Of a DNA stretch of 64,000 bases, positions 38,838 through 48,476 are shown piece by piece (the first letter of the stretch is position 1; every line of letters begins with the position of its first letter). The notes under the pieces are model-generated. The model worked only from the letters and a program-made list of their open reading frames with translations. It was not told where the DNA came from and searched no databases. The stretch is from Chloroflexota bacterium (GTDB lineage: Bacteria; Chloroflexota; UBA11872; VXOZ01), in assembly GCA_965220175.1 (NCBI GenBank), contig OZ244814.1:2439045-2503044 (forward strand), in the 5' to 3' direction. Both the position numbers and the translations under genes were made by a program.

Positions 38838-39215
38838 ATGGAGTACTACGTCGGATACATTCCGTTTCTTGTGACATTTGTGGCGGCATCCGCTTTTGGG
38901 ATTGGCTCACTTGCTTTGGCTTCGGTACTCCGACCGAAATTCCGATCCGGTCCCCTGCGCACGGTTCCGTACGAGTCTGGGATCGGACCTAGCGGCGTCG
39001 TCGGCGATACGCGCGGCCGTCATGGCATTCATTTCTATATGGTGGCGATCGTCTATGTCGTTTTCGACCTTGAGCTTGCCTTTCTCTTTCCTTGGGCCGT
39101 GATTGTGGGGTCGCTGGGACTATTCGGCCTCATTGAGATGGCAATCTTCATCGCAATCTTGCTTGTGGGCTACATATATGCATGGAAGAAAGGAGCATTC
39201 GATTGGGGGCTATAG
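38838..39215 (+). CDS. nuoA: NADH-quinone oxidoreductase subunit A
   Basis: 125 aa, three TM helices, conserved YESGI and VFDLE motifs. Confidence 0.9.
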   Translation: MEYYVGYIPFLVTFVAASAFGIGSLALASVLRPKFRSGPLRTVPYESGIGPSGVVGDTRGRHGIHFYMVAIVYVVFDLELAFLFPWAVIVGSLGLFGLIEMAIFIAILLVGYIYAWKKGAFDWGL

Positions 39216-39754
39216 AAGATACGCTAGCGCTGCCCGCCGCCGGGCAGAAGACGGGTGCTTCAGGCTTCGTGCTTGCGTCCGCCGATCAAATTCTGAATTG
39301 GGGTAGAGCAAACGCCCTGTGGCCGATGACGTTCGGCCTTGCGTGTTGCGCAATCGAGATGATGGCGGTCTGGGCGTCGCACTATGATGCGGACCGCTTT
39401 GGCATGGCGTTCCGGGCGACTCCCCGACAATGCGACGTCATGATTGTGGCGGGCACGGTCACGAAGAAAATGGCGCCGATCATACGCAACCTCTGGGAAC
39501 AGATGGCACGTCCGTGCTGGGTGATTGCCCACGGCAATTGCGCTACCTGCGGCGGGCCGTATCGTTCCTATAGCGTGCTGCAAGGGGTGGACCTCGCGGT
39601 TCCTGTAGACATTTACGTACCGGGGTGTCCGCCGCGGCCCGAGGCGCTGCTTGAAGGTCTCATGTTGTTGCAGCAGAAGATCAAACAGGGTGAGTGGGCC
39701 GGTTCGGAAGAGGCGCTGCTCACCGCACGCGCGGCTGCTGCCTCAGAGGAGTAG
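39182..39754 (+). CDS. nuoB: NADH-quinone oxidoreductase subunit B (N2 cluster subunit); start may instead be the TTG at 39203, which has an AGGAG RBS
   Basis: Motifs [18 protein letters not shown] and GCPPRPE. Confidence 0.9.
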   Translation: MEERSIRLGAIEDTLALPAAGQKTGASGFVLASADQILNWGRANALWPMTFGLACCAIEMMAVWASHYDADRFGMAFRATPRQCDVMIVAGTVTKKMAPIIRNLWEQMARPCWVIAHGNCATCGGPYRSYSVLQGVDLAVPVDIYVPGCPPRPEALLEGLMLLQQKIKQGEWAGSEEALLTARAAAASEE

Positions 39755-39762
39755 AGATATCC

Positions 39763-40236
39763 GTGAGAATTCCTCCGTCGGTTGCGGCTGAGACAGTCCA
39801 AGAGCGCATACAGTCGATCTTGAGTGACAAGGTGATCGCGGCAAACTCTCTCCGCGACTATCTGACGATCGAGATCGCACCCGAGGATCTGCTGGAGATT
39901 GCGTCGGTGCTCCGAGATGACCCGGAATTGCGCTTCAATTACTTTGGCGATGTAACGGCGGTGCATTGGCCGGGCGAAGCGCGGGAACTCGAAGTGGTGT
40001 ATCATCTGCGCTCGATTCCGGCAAACCGCAGAATTCGCGTCAAGACCCGTATCGCTGCTGACGAATCGCTGGAATCCATGACCCAGGTATGGCCGGGCGC
40101 CGACTGGCCGGAACGAGAAGTCTACGATCTCATGGGGGTGAATTTCGTCAATCATCCCGATCTCCGACGCATTCTAATGGAAGAGGACTACCAGTATCAC
40201 CCATTGCGCAAGGACTTTCCGCGCGAAGGGCTGTGA
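39763..40236 (+). CDS. nuoC: NADH-quinone oxidoreductase subunit C (30 kDa)
   Basis: GTG start with a GAGGAG RBS. The ORF track extends in frame to 39694. Conserved ERE.YD..G motif. Confidence 0.85.
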   Translation: MRIPPSVAAETVQERIQSILSDKVIAANSLRDYLTIEIAPEDLLEIASVLRDDPELRFNYFGDVTAVHWPGEARELEVVYHLRSIPANRRIRVKTRIAADESLESMTQVWPGADWPEREVYDLMGVNFVNHPDLRRILMEEDYQYHPLRKDFPREGL

Positions 40237-40275
40237 CCATAGCAGACACTGCTTTGAGGGTAGTGAGAACCGCAC

Positions 40276-41481
40276 ATGGCAACTGTTGAAATCGAACGCA
40301 TTGCAGGCGAAGACGATTCCAGCCTGATCCTGAACATGGGGCCGCAGCACCCCAGTACTCACGGCGTGCTGCGTGTTGTCTTGAAGATGGACGGCGAATA
40401 CATCGAAGAAGCCGTTCCCATCATCGGCTACCTGCATCGCGGCACGGAGAAAATCGCCGAAAACGAAACGTATACCCAGATCCTGGGCTACACCGACCGC
40501 ATGGACTACACCGCTGCCGCTTCCAGCAACCTCGGCTGGTTGGTTGCCGTCGAAACCCTCGCGGATATTGAAGTGCCGGAACGCGCACAGTGGCTGCGCT
40601 GTATTGTCGGTGAACTGGGACGGCTGGCGGGCCACTTCGTCTGGATAGCCACCCACGCGCTGGACATTGGGGCAATGTCGGTCTTCCTCTATGCCTTCCG
40701 CGCGCGCGAGCGTGTCCTGGAACTCTTTGAGGAGCTCTGCGGCGCCCGCATGACCCACAGTGTGATGCGTCCCGGCGGATTCCTGGAGGAACCCCGCGAA
40801 CCCTTCTACGAGAAGCTAGAGAACTCTTTGGACTACTTCCTCAAGGAGATCAACCAGTTTGACAAATTGCTCAGCAAGAATGATCTCTGGTTGGGCCGCA
40901 CGGTGGACGTGGGTGTCATCTCAGGCGACGATGCCATCGCGATGGGGCTCTCCGGCGCTTGCTTGCGCGGCTCGGGGGTGGAGTGGGACATTCGGAAAGC
41001 CGAACCATATGCAGCTTACGACAAGGTGGAGTTTGATATTCCCACGGGTACGGGCAAGGGCGACGTGTTCAGCCGTTACATTCTACGGCTCGAGGAGATG
41101 CGCCAGAGCGTGCGCATCATGCGCCAAGTGATTGAACGCATGCCGCCTGGACCCGTGATGACCGACGACTCCCGTGTTGGCCGACCGGACACGCCGCGCC
41201 TCTATACTGACATGGAAGCGATGATCAACCACTTCTGGATGTACATCCACGGCTTTCCGGTGCAGCGTGGCGAGACCTACGCGGCCATCGAAGCGCCTAA
41301 GGGCGAATTGGGCTTCTATGTGGTAAGCGACGGCAGCGGCAAACCGTATCGCATGCACGTGCGTTCGCCTTCGTTTGTCAATTTGCAGTCGTTGCCCTAC
41401 TTGGTGAAGGGCCGGCTGCTCGCGGATGTTGTATCCGTAATTGGAAGTATTGACATCATTCTTGGTGAGATTGATCGATGA
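40276..41481 (+). CDS. nuoD: NADH-quinone oxidoreductase subunit D (49 kDa)
   Basis: 401 aa with NiFe-hydrogenase large-subunit-like motifs (GPQHPSTHGVLR, HRGTEK). Confidence 0.95.
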   Translation: MATVEIERIAGEDDSSLILNMGPQHPSTHGVLRVVLKMDGEYIEEAVPIIGYLHRGTEKIAENETYTQILGYTDRMDYTAAASSNLGWLVAVETLADIEVPERAQWLRCIVGELGRLAGHFVWIATHALDIGAMSVFLYAFRARERVLELFEELCGARMTHSVMRPGGFLEEPREPFYEKLENSLDYFLKEINQFDKLLSKNDLWLGRTVDVGVISGDDAIAMGLSGACLRGSGVEWDIRKAEPYAAYDKVEFDIPTGTGKGDVFSRYILRLEEMRQSVRIMRQVIERMPPGPVMTDDSRVGRPDTPRLYTDMEAMINHFWMYIHGFPVQRGETYAAIEAPKGELGFYVVSDGSGKPYRMHVRSPSFVNLQSLPYLVKGRLLADVVSVIGSIDIILGEIDR

Positions 41482-41539
41482 TGCGGATGGTGCAGTCCAC
41501 ATGACTTGGCAACCCGCCATGGCATAAGAAGAGGGAACC

Positions 41540-44077
41540 ATGCCGGTAACACTTACAGTTGACGGTCAAGAGGTAACGGTACCTGACGGTTCCACGATCC
41601 TCGATGCCGCGCGCAAGGCAGGCATCTACATTCCTACGCTCTGTTTCGATACGTTCCTCAAGCCGTACGGCGCGTGCCGCATGTGCGTCGTGGAAGTGGA
41701 ACGCGCGCCGAAGCCGCTCTCATCCTGCAACACCATGGCCATGGACGGCATGGTTGTCAGCACGAAGACCGAACCCGTAGTGCATGCCCAGCAGGGCATC
41801 ATGGAAATGACCCTGCAGCATCATCCGCTGGATTGCCCCTATTGCGACAAGTCCGGTGTCTGCGACCTGCAACACACCGCCTACGAGGTAGGTGTGTACC
41901 GCAGTAAGTTGGGAAGCGACAACCCCAACGAACCGGACCACGAACTCAGTCCCCTGATCGAGTGGGACCCGAATCGCTGCATATACTGTGGGAAATGCGT
42001 ACGCGTTTGTGATGAGCGCGTCGGCGACAGTGCGCTGACTTTCAACCTGCGCGGCTTCCATAGCTACATTGGCACCCAGTTTGACGAGCCGCTGGACTGC
42101 GTCGAGTGCGGCGAGTGCATCGAAGTGTGCCCGGTAGGCGCTTTGCTGAGCCGACCCTTCATGCACAGCGGACGTGCATGGCAGGTAAATCAGAGCGAGT
42201 CCATTTGCAACCACTGCAGCGTCGGCTGCCAGATGCACGTTGAGACACGCATGGGTGAGGTATTGCGCACCAAGGCGAACCCGGCGCTCCGCGACCAAAC
42301 ACCGGTCAACACACGCGATCGCGGTCCCGGTGACGGCATGCTCTGCACGCGCGGCCGGTTTGGCTACGACTATATTCACGACGATGCCCGCGTGAAGCAA
42401 CCGCTCATTCGACGAGATGGTGAACTCCAACCGGCCAGCTGGGATGAAGCGCTCACCTTGGTAGCCGATCAGATTGCCGGGGCCAAGACCCAACATGGGC
42501 CGGACGCTGTCGCGGCCATAACGTCCGGGCGTCTCTCAGATGAGGAGAACTACCTGATATCCCGACTCATGCGTGACGTGGTTGGCACGAACAACGTCGA
42601 CAGCACCGAGCGCTGGACGTTTATCCCCACACTGGAGACACTGGGGCCTGCTGCCTTTGATTTCAGTATTGCCCAAATGCAGGATATGGACGCTCTCCTG
42701 GTCGTGGGCGGCGACATTATGGAGAGCCACGACGTGTTGGGCATGCGGATGCGGCAGTGGGTGCGCGACGAAGGCAAGGCGCTCATTCAGGTCAGCAGTC
42801 TGCCAAGCAGACAGGATAGCCGCTTCGCGCAACGCGTGCTGCGCGTGCGACCGGGAACGGAGGAGCATCTTGTGCAAGGCCTCGCCGCCGAGGTCTCCCG
42901 CCGGTCCGGCAATGGCAGTGCGCCGGGAGAGTTGCGCAGCTATCTCCTGGAATCTGCCGCCGAAGATACGGGGATTGAACTGGCGGACTTGAGCGAGACT
43001 GCGACGGAATTGGCCCAAATGGGCAGTGTCGGGATAGTGTGGGCGCTCGGTAACTGGATTGTAGGCAAAGCTGAGAGCGTTGCGCAGGCGGCGGCAAATC
43101 TCGCGCTGGCATTGCCGGAGGCCCAACTATTCCCGCTTGCCGGCAAAGCGAATTCTCGAGGCCTCGCGCAAATGGGCGCGGGAGCCGACATCTTGCCGAA
43201 TTTCCGCAGCGGTAGTGACGCCCAGGCCCGCAGCGCCTTGGGAAGGCAGTGGGACGTGGTGCTGCCGGAATCACCTGGACTTACGCTGGACGACCTCTTG
43301 TCCGGCGCTGAGGTATCGGTGCTCTACATCATTGGAGAAGACCTGGCAGCAAGCGCGCGCAATCGTCAACAGGCGCAAGCACTCCTTGACCGTGCCGGCT
43401 TTGTAGTGGTGCAGGACCTCTTTGTGAACAGCACAGCGGCGGAACACGCCGATGTCGTTTTGCCTGCGGTAAGCTTTGCCGAGAAGACAGGTACGTTCAC
43501 AAATCTGGAAGGCCGGGCGCAGCGCGCACAAGCGGCAATCCCACCGGTTGGCGAAGCCAAAGCCGACTGGCAGATTTTCACCGAACTCGCTCTGCAGTTA
43601 GGAGCGCGGTGGTCCTACAAGAATTCGGACACTGTGGCCCAAGAGATATCTGCGGTATTGGCAGACATTCCGTCAACGCACAGCGCACCGCGCTTTGGCT
43701 GGCAAGAACTGCCGGTACTCCCAAGCGTCAATGGAGACGGCAAGCTGCTCTTGGTGACGCAGGATCATCTGTTCGTGCCCGGCGTTACCGGTCGTTACAG
43801 CAGCAACCTGCGCCGGCTGGTGGAAGAGCCGGTCGCTGAACTACACCCGTCGCAACTCGAGCGCCTTGGCGTCAATGACGGCGATAGAATCGGGATCCAG
43901 GCAAACGGCACGGATCTAACCGTAACGGCGAAAGCAAACAGCCGGCTGGCGGAAGACGTGGTCTATCTCCCCGTCGGCTTCCCGGATGCGCCGGTGGGAG
44001 CGCTGTTGGGCGCTGAATCTACTGTCGCGGTATCGGTGCATGCTGCCGCTGTAACTTCCGAAACCAAGTCGACGTAG
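41540..44077 (+). CDS. nuoG: NADH-quinone oxidoreductase subunit G-like (2Fe-2S + 4Fe-4S + molybdopterin-oxidoreductase fold), directly after nuoD with no nuoE or nuoF
   Basis: N-terminal 2Fe-2S (CRMCVVEVE), a His/Cys 4Fe-4S cluster (HPLDCPYCDKSGVCDLQ), and further Cys clusters. 845 aa. Confidence 0.8.
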   Translation: MPVTLTVDGQEVTVPDGSTILDAARKAGIYIPTLCFDTFLKPYGACRMCVVEVERAPKPLSSCNTMAMDGMVVSTKTEPVVHAQQGIMEMTLQHHPLDCPYCDKSGVCDLQHTAYEVGVYRSKLGSDNPNEPDHELSPLIEWDPNRCIYCGKCVRVCDERVGDSALTFNLRGFHSYIGTQFDEPLDCVECGECIEVCPVGALLSRPFMHSGRAWQVNQSESICNHCSVGCQMHVETRMGEVLRTKANPALRDQTPVNTRDRGPGDGMLCTRGRFGYDYIHDDARVKQPLIRRDGELQPASWDEALTLVADQIAGAKTQHGPDAVAAITSGRLSDEENYLISRLMRDVVGTNNVDSTERWTFIPTLETLGPAAFDFSIAQMQDMDALLVVGGDIMESHDVLGMRMRQWVRDEGKALIQVSSLPSRQDSRFAQRVLRVRPGTEEHLVQGLAAEVSRRSGNGSAPGELRSYLLESAAEDTGIELADLSETATELAQMGSVGIVWALGNWIVGKAESVAQAAANLALALPEAQLFPLAGKANSRGLAQMGAGADILPNFRSGSDAQARSALGRQWDVVLPESPGLTLDDLLSGAEVSVLYIIGEDLAASARNRQQAQALLDRAGFVVVQDLFVNSTAAEHADVVLPAVSFAEKTGTFTNLEGRAQRAQAAIPPVGEAKADWQIFTELALQLGARWSYKNSDTVAQEISAVLADIPSTHSAPRFGWQELPVLPSVNGDGKLLLVTQDHLFVPGVTGRYSSNLRRLVEEPVAELHPSQLERLGVNDGDRIGIQANGTDLTVTAKANSRLAEDVVYLPVGFPDAPVGALLGAESTVAVSVHAAAVTSETKST

Positions 44078-44097
44078 CCGCGAACCAGGAATCACAC

Positions 44098-45117
44098 ATG
44101 ACAGAGTTTGTCATCGCGGTCATTTTCAAGTCCATCATTGCATTTATCGTGCCATTGCTCGTGGTGCCGCCGCTCATTTGGGGCGAGCGCCGCCTCCTTG
44201 GTCGCATTCAGTCCCGTGTCGGTCCCAATCGCGTTGGACCTTTCGGGGCGTTTCAAACGCTTGCCGATGCCGTCAAACTCCTGGGCAAAGAAGACATGAT
44301 CCCGGCGGGAGCGGACCGCGTTCTCTTCATTCTGGCCCCGTTCCTGCTCCTGGTACCGTCCTTTATGGCGTGGTCGGTAGTGCCGGTTGGCACCGAACTG
44401 CACATATTCGGGCGCGTAATCGGTCTCTATGCCACAGATCTCAACGTAGGCGTCCTCTACATCGTGGCGCTCACCTCTGTGGCGGTATACGGCATAGTCA
44501 TGGCCGGCTGGGCGTCGAATAGCAAATACGCACTGCTGGGAAGCCTGCGTTCGAGCGCGCAGATGATCAGCTATGAAATCATGCTTGGTCTGGCCCTAGT
44601 CGGTGTGGTTGTGCTCGCAGGATCGCTGTCTCTGCCGGAAATCGTGCGGCAGCAGCAAGTTCCCTACGCCATTCCCTTGGTAATCGGCGCCTTTGTCTTC
44701 GTCTGCGCCGCGCTGGCGGAAACGAACCGCGCGCCGTTTGACCTGCCGGAAGCGGAAACGGAGCTCGTTTCCGGGTATCACGTTGAGTATTCCGGCTGGC
44801 GTTTTTCGTTCTTCTTCTTGTCGGAGTATGCCAACATGCTGTTGGCGTCATTCCTGGTAAGTGCCGTATTCTTAGGCGGCGGCTGGCCGGCACAGTTCTT
44901 CGAACCTTACATCGGCCATCTACTCACAACCTTGCTGGCCGTGGGCATTATGATGTCCAAGGTATTCCTCTTTCTCTTCATCTACATATGGATTCGTGCC
45001 ACGTTACCGCGCTTTCGCTACGACCAAATGATGAACTTTTGCTGGAAAGTCCTCTTGCCGCTGGGACTGCTCAATTTGGCAGTCGCCACGGTGCTGAAAC
45101 TTACGGTCTACGCTTGA
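44098..45117 (+). CDS. nuoH: NADH-quinone oxidoreductase subunit H
   Basis: 339 aa, polytopic, with motifs GERRLLGRIQSRVGPN, APFDLPEAE.EL and GY..EYSG. Confidence 0.95.
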   Translation: MTEFVIAVIFKSIIAFIVPLLVVPPLIWGERRLLGRIQSRVGPNRVGPFGAFQTLADAVKLLGKEDMIPAGADRVLFILAPFLLLVPSFMAWSVVPVGTELHIFGRVIGLYATDLNVGVLYIVALTSVAVYGIVMAGWASNSKYALLGSLRSSAQMISYEIMLGLALVGVVVLAGSLSLPEIVRQQQVPYAIPLVIGAFVFVCAALAETNRAPFDLPEAETELVSGYHVEYSGWRFSFFFLSEYANMLLASFLVSAVFLGGGWPAQFFEPYIGHLLTTLLAVGIMMSKVFLFLFIYIWIRATLPRFRYDQMMNFCWKVLLPLGLLNLAVATVLKLTVYA

Positions 45118-45142
45118 GAGAGACGTTGGGAGAATAGTTACA

Positions 45143-45601
45143 ATGAGTTTTCGCTTCGACTCGCTGTTACCCATCGCGAGAGGACTAAGCGTGACCCTGC
45201 GTGAGTTCTTTCGCCGACCGGTGACGATTCGCTATCCGGAGCAGAAGAGAGAGCTCTCTTCGATCTTTCGCGGCGCCGTGGGCATGCGCCGCAGACCCGA
45301 CGGCAGGCCCAAGTGCGTGGGATGCGGGCTCTGCGAGACCGCGTGTCCAAATGAGTGCATAACCATCACGACGGAATCGAATCCGGCGCAACCGACGGAA
45401 AAGGTAGTAACGTCGTACACGTTGGATGTCGGTCGCTGTCTCTTTTGCAGCCTCTGTGTTGAAGCATGCCCGGTGGAGGCGCTGGAGATGACAAACGCAT
45501 ACGATTTTTCAACTGACGACCGCAGCACGCTCATTTACGACGTAGACCGCCTGATGGACTTGGTGGATAAACAGGGCAAGGAGGTGTCTACGCTTGAGTA
45601 G
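45143..45601 (+). CDS. nuoI: NADH-quinone oxidoreductase subunit I (2x[4Fe-4S] ferredoxin)
   Basis: Two motifs, CVGCGLCETACP and CLFCSLCVEACP. Confidence 0.95.
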   Translation: MSFRFDSLLPIARGLSVTLREFFRRPVTIRYPEQKRELSSIFRGAVGMRRRPDGRPKCVGCGLCETACPNECITITTESNPAQPTEKVVTSYTLDVGRCLFCSLCVEACPVEALEMTNAYDFSTDDRSTLIYDVDRLMDLVDKQGKEVSTLE

Positions 45602-46217
45602 CGAGACTCTGCTTACCCTGATCTTTGCGTATTTCGCGCTGGCGAGCGTGGTGTTCGCCGTGCTCGTCATCATGCTGCGCAATCCGGTCCAGTGTGCGTT
45701 GTCGCTGGTAGGCGTGGTGTTCCATCTGGCGGGGATCTTCATTCTGCTGCGTGCCGAGTTTCTGGCCGCGGCGCACATAATCATCTATGCCGGCGCCATC
45801 ATCGTGCTCTTCTTGTTCACCATGATGCTGCTGAATGTCGGCGCGGTGGAGCGGGTGCGCCAGTTTCATGTCCAAGCGCCCCTCGCGATTGTGATAGGCG
45901 CCATCCTCTTTCTTGAGTTTATCGTTCTAACAGGAGCTACCATCACCGTTGGCGCCCAGGGGCCCCATTCACCAGCCTGGGTCGCCGGACAGGGCGGCAA
46001 CGTGCAAGCATTAGGGCAAGTGCTCTTTCGCGACTATTTGCTGCCGTTCGAGGTGGCCTCGGTACTCTTGACGGCCGCAGTAGTGGGCGCCATTGTCTTG
46101 GCGAGACAGAGACCGCGGCGCCCGCGCTCATCCTCACAAATGGGCGTCGGTGAGTGGATGGCGGAGCGGTTTGAAAAGTCGAAAGCACAAGAACAAGGGC
46201 CGGCGGAGCCGCGCTGA
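45594..46217 (+). CDS. nuoJ: NADH-quinone oxidoreductase subunit J
   Basis: Five TM helices with conserved AHIIIYAGAI..LFLF.MML; 8-nt overlap with nuoI. Confidence 0.88.
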   Translation: MSSETLLTLIFAYFALASVVFAVLVIMLRNPVQCALSLVGVVFHLAGIFILLRAEFLAAAHIIIYAGAIIVLFLFTMMLLNVGAVERVRQFHVQAPLAIVIGAILFLEFIVLTGATITVGAQGPHSPAWVAGQGGNVQALGQVLFRDYLLPFEVASVLLTAAVVGAIVLARQRPRRPRSSSQMGVGEWMAERFEKSKAQEQGPAEPR

Positions 46218-46234
46218 GGAGATATGCGACTCAT

Positions 46235-46543
46235 ATGATTATCCCAGCCTTAGAGTACTACTTGGTGCTGGGTGCGGCACTCTTCATCATCGGTTTACTC
46301 GGTGTGCTGGTACGGCGCAACCTGCTCATAGTATTTATGTCAATTGAGTTGATTCTGCTTGGGGCCAACGTAACTTTCGTGGGGTTTGCCGTCGCTCTAA
46401 ACAATATGCTGGGGCAGGTGTTCGTGATCTTTTCGCTGACGGTAGCCGCCGCCGAGGCTGCGGTTGGGCTGGCTATCATTGTGGCGCTTTCCCGCCATCG
46501 GGATACGCTCAACGTAGATGAAATCAACACACTTAAGGGTTAA
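46235..46543 (+). CDS. nuoK: NADH-quinone oxidoreductase subunit K
   Basis: 102 aa, three TM helices, E-containing motif (AAAEAAVGLAI). Confidence 0.9.
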   Translation: MIIPALEYYLVLGAALFIIGLLGVLVRRNLLIVFMSIELILLGANVTFVGFAVALNNMLGQVFVIFSLTVAAAEAAVGLAIIVALSRHRDTLNVDEINTLKG

Positions 46544-46558
46544 GGGCACTTAGCAATA

Positions 46559-48466
46559 ATGGCCGACGTTGCCTGGCTCGTTCCTCTCCTGCCATTCATC
46601 GCGTTTGCGATCAACGGCGTCTTTGGACGCAAGTATCTAAAGAAACACACCGGCCTCATCGCGAATGCCGGCGTGTTGGGCGCACTGGTCGTGAGTGTGG
46701 CCCTATTCGTCACCCAATTGGACCACGCAGCACCCGAGTCGGTCGTACTGTGGACGTGGGCGGTTTCCGGTGACTTCGCGCTGGATATTGCGCTGCGCGT
46801 TGATGCCCTCACGCTCGTAATGCTGCTCGTGGTCACGAGCGTTTCCTTTATGGTCCATGTCTATTCAATTGGGTACATGGACCACGATCCCGGCTTCTGG
46901 CGTTTCTTCACCTACCTGCCGCTGTTTGTCTTCGCAATGATCATGCTCGTGATGGCGAACAACCTGCTGGTCTTGTTCGTCTTCTGGGAAGCCGTCGGGT
47001 TGTGCTCGTATCTCTTGATAGGGTTCTGGTTTGAGCGTCAATCAGCTTCCGCAGCCGCCGTAAAAGCCTTCCTGACGAACCGCATCGGAGACGTTGGCTT
47101 CCTGATTGGGCTCTTGCTGGCGTGGTATGTCTTTGGGACGCTGGACTATGACGAAATCTTTGCCCAAGCGCCCGCCATTGCGGCAGCCACGCCCGGCATG
47201 CTCACGCTGATTTGTCTCATGCTCTTCATTGGGGCCATGGGCAAGTCCGCACAGTTTCCGCTGCATGTGTGGTTGCCCGACGCCATGGAGGGCCCAACTC
47301 CGGTCAGCGCCCTGATCCACGCGGCCACGATGGTGACGGCGGGCGTCTACATGGTGGCGCGGTTTAACCCGCTCTATGTGCTGTCAGCGAACGCCATGGC
47401 GGTCGTAGCGATTGTCGGCGCGTTTACCGCTCTCTTTGCCGCGACCATCGGCCTGGCGCAGAACGACATCAAGCGTGTTCTCGCCTATTCCACTGTGAGC
47501 CAACTTGGACTCATGTTCATGGCGCTCGGCGTTGGGGCATTCGCCGCCGCCATCTTCCACCTCGCTACCCATGCCTTCTTCAAGGGTTTGTTGTTCCTGG
47601 GCTCCGGCTCGGTCATTCACGGCACGGACGAAGAGCAGGACATGCAGCGCATGGGCGGCCTCTTTGGCAAAATGCCGGTTACCGGCTCGACCTACATCAT
47701 TGGCGGTTTGGCCTTGTCCGGCATCATCCCCTTGGCGGGATTCTGGAGTAAGGACGAATTGCTTGGGGCCACGCTGCTCGCCGGTGGATTCGGCTACCTG
47801 CTGTATGCTTTAGGCGCTTTGGCCTCACTCCTAACAGCCATCTACACATTCCGCATGATATTCCTGACGTTCTTTGGCAAGACCCGTATGGAAACGGAGC
47901 GATTTTCACGCGTTCACGAGTCTCCGCTCGTAATGACAATCCCGCTCATTGTATTGGCCGGAGGCGCGGCGTTGGCCGGTTTTGTGGGTGTTCCTCCCGA
48001 ACACGGGCTGATCCACAACTACCTGCACGACACGTTCCTGGCAGCAGAACTGGCCGGCTTGGTGCATAAACCATCAACGGCGTTTGTGCTTACCGTGATG
48101 GCTGTTTCGACTGTGATCGCACTCTTTGGCATCCTTGTTGCCTACAGCATATATATGCGCAGATCGCCCGCACCCGAAGCCGTCGCTGGCAGGGCGGGGC
48201 CCATCCATACGCTATTGGTTAATAAGTACTTCCTGGACGACTTCTACGATACGGTCCTGGCGGGGGGAACCAAGGGCGTTGGCTGGCTCTTTGCCTGGTT
48301 TGACCTGAATATCGTCGACGGCATTGTGAATCTCATCGGCTTGGTAGTCAGTGGCGTTGGCGGTGGACTCCGCCGCATGCAGACCGGCCGCATGGAGAAC
48401 TATGCCTTTAGCGTTGTCTTGGGCACAGCGCTCGTTCTCGCCTTCTATATCATCATGGTGCGTTGA
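46559..48466 (+). CDS. nuoL: NADH-quinone oxidoreductase subunit L (antiporter-like, with long horizontal helix)
   Basis: 635 aa with Mrp-antiporter-like motifs (WLPDAMEGPTPVSALIHAATMVTAGVY). Confidence 0.95.
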   Translation: MADVAWLVPLLPFIAFAINGVFGRKYLKKHTGLIANAGVLGALVVSVALFVTQLDHAAPESVVLWTWAVSGDFALDIALRVDALTLVMLLVVTSVSFMVHVYSIGYMDHDPGFWRFFTYLPLFVFAMIMLVMANNLLVLFVFWEAVGLCSYLLIGFWFERQSASAAAVKAFLTNRIGDVGFLIGLLLAWYVFGTLDYDEIFAQAPAIAAATPGMLTLICLMLFIGAMGKSAQFPLHVWLPDAMEGPTPVSALIHAATMVTAGVYMVARFNPLYVLSANAMAVVAIVGAFTALFAATIGLAQNDIKRVLAYSTVSQLGLMFMALGVGAFAAAIFHLATHAFFKGLLFLGSGSVIHGTDEEQDMQRMGGLFGKMPVTGSTYIIGGLALSGIIPLAGFWSKDELLGATLLAGGFGYLLYALGALASLLTAIYTFRMIFLTFFGKTRMETERFSRVHESPLVMTIPLIVLAGGAALAGFVGVPPEHGLIHNYLHDTFLAAELAGLVHKPSTAFVLTVMAVSTVIALFGILVAYSIYMRRSPAPEAVAGRAGPIHTLLVNKYFLDDFYDTVLAGGTKGVGWLFAWFDLNIVDGIVNLIGLVVSGVGGGLRRMQTGRMENYAFSVVLGTALVLAFYIIMVR

Positions 48467-48476
48467 GGTAGCTGCG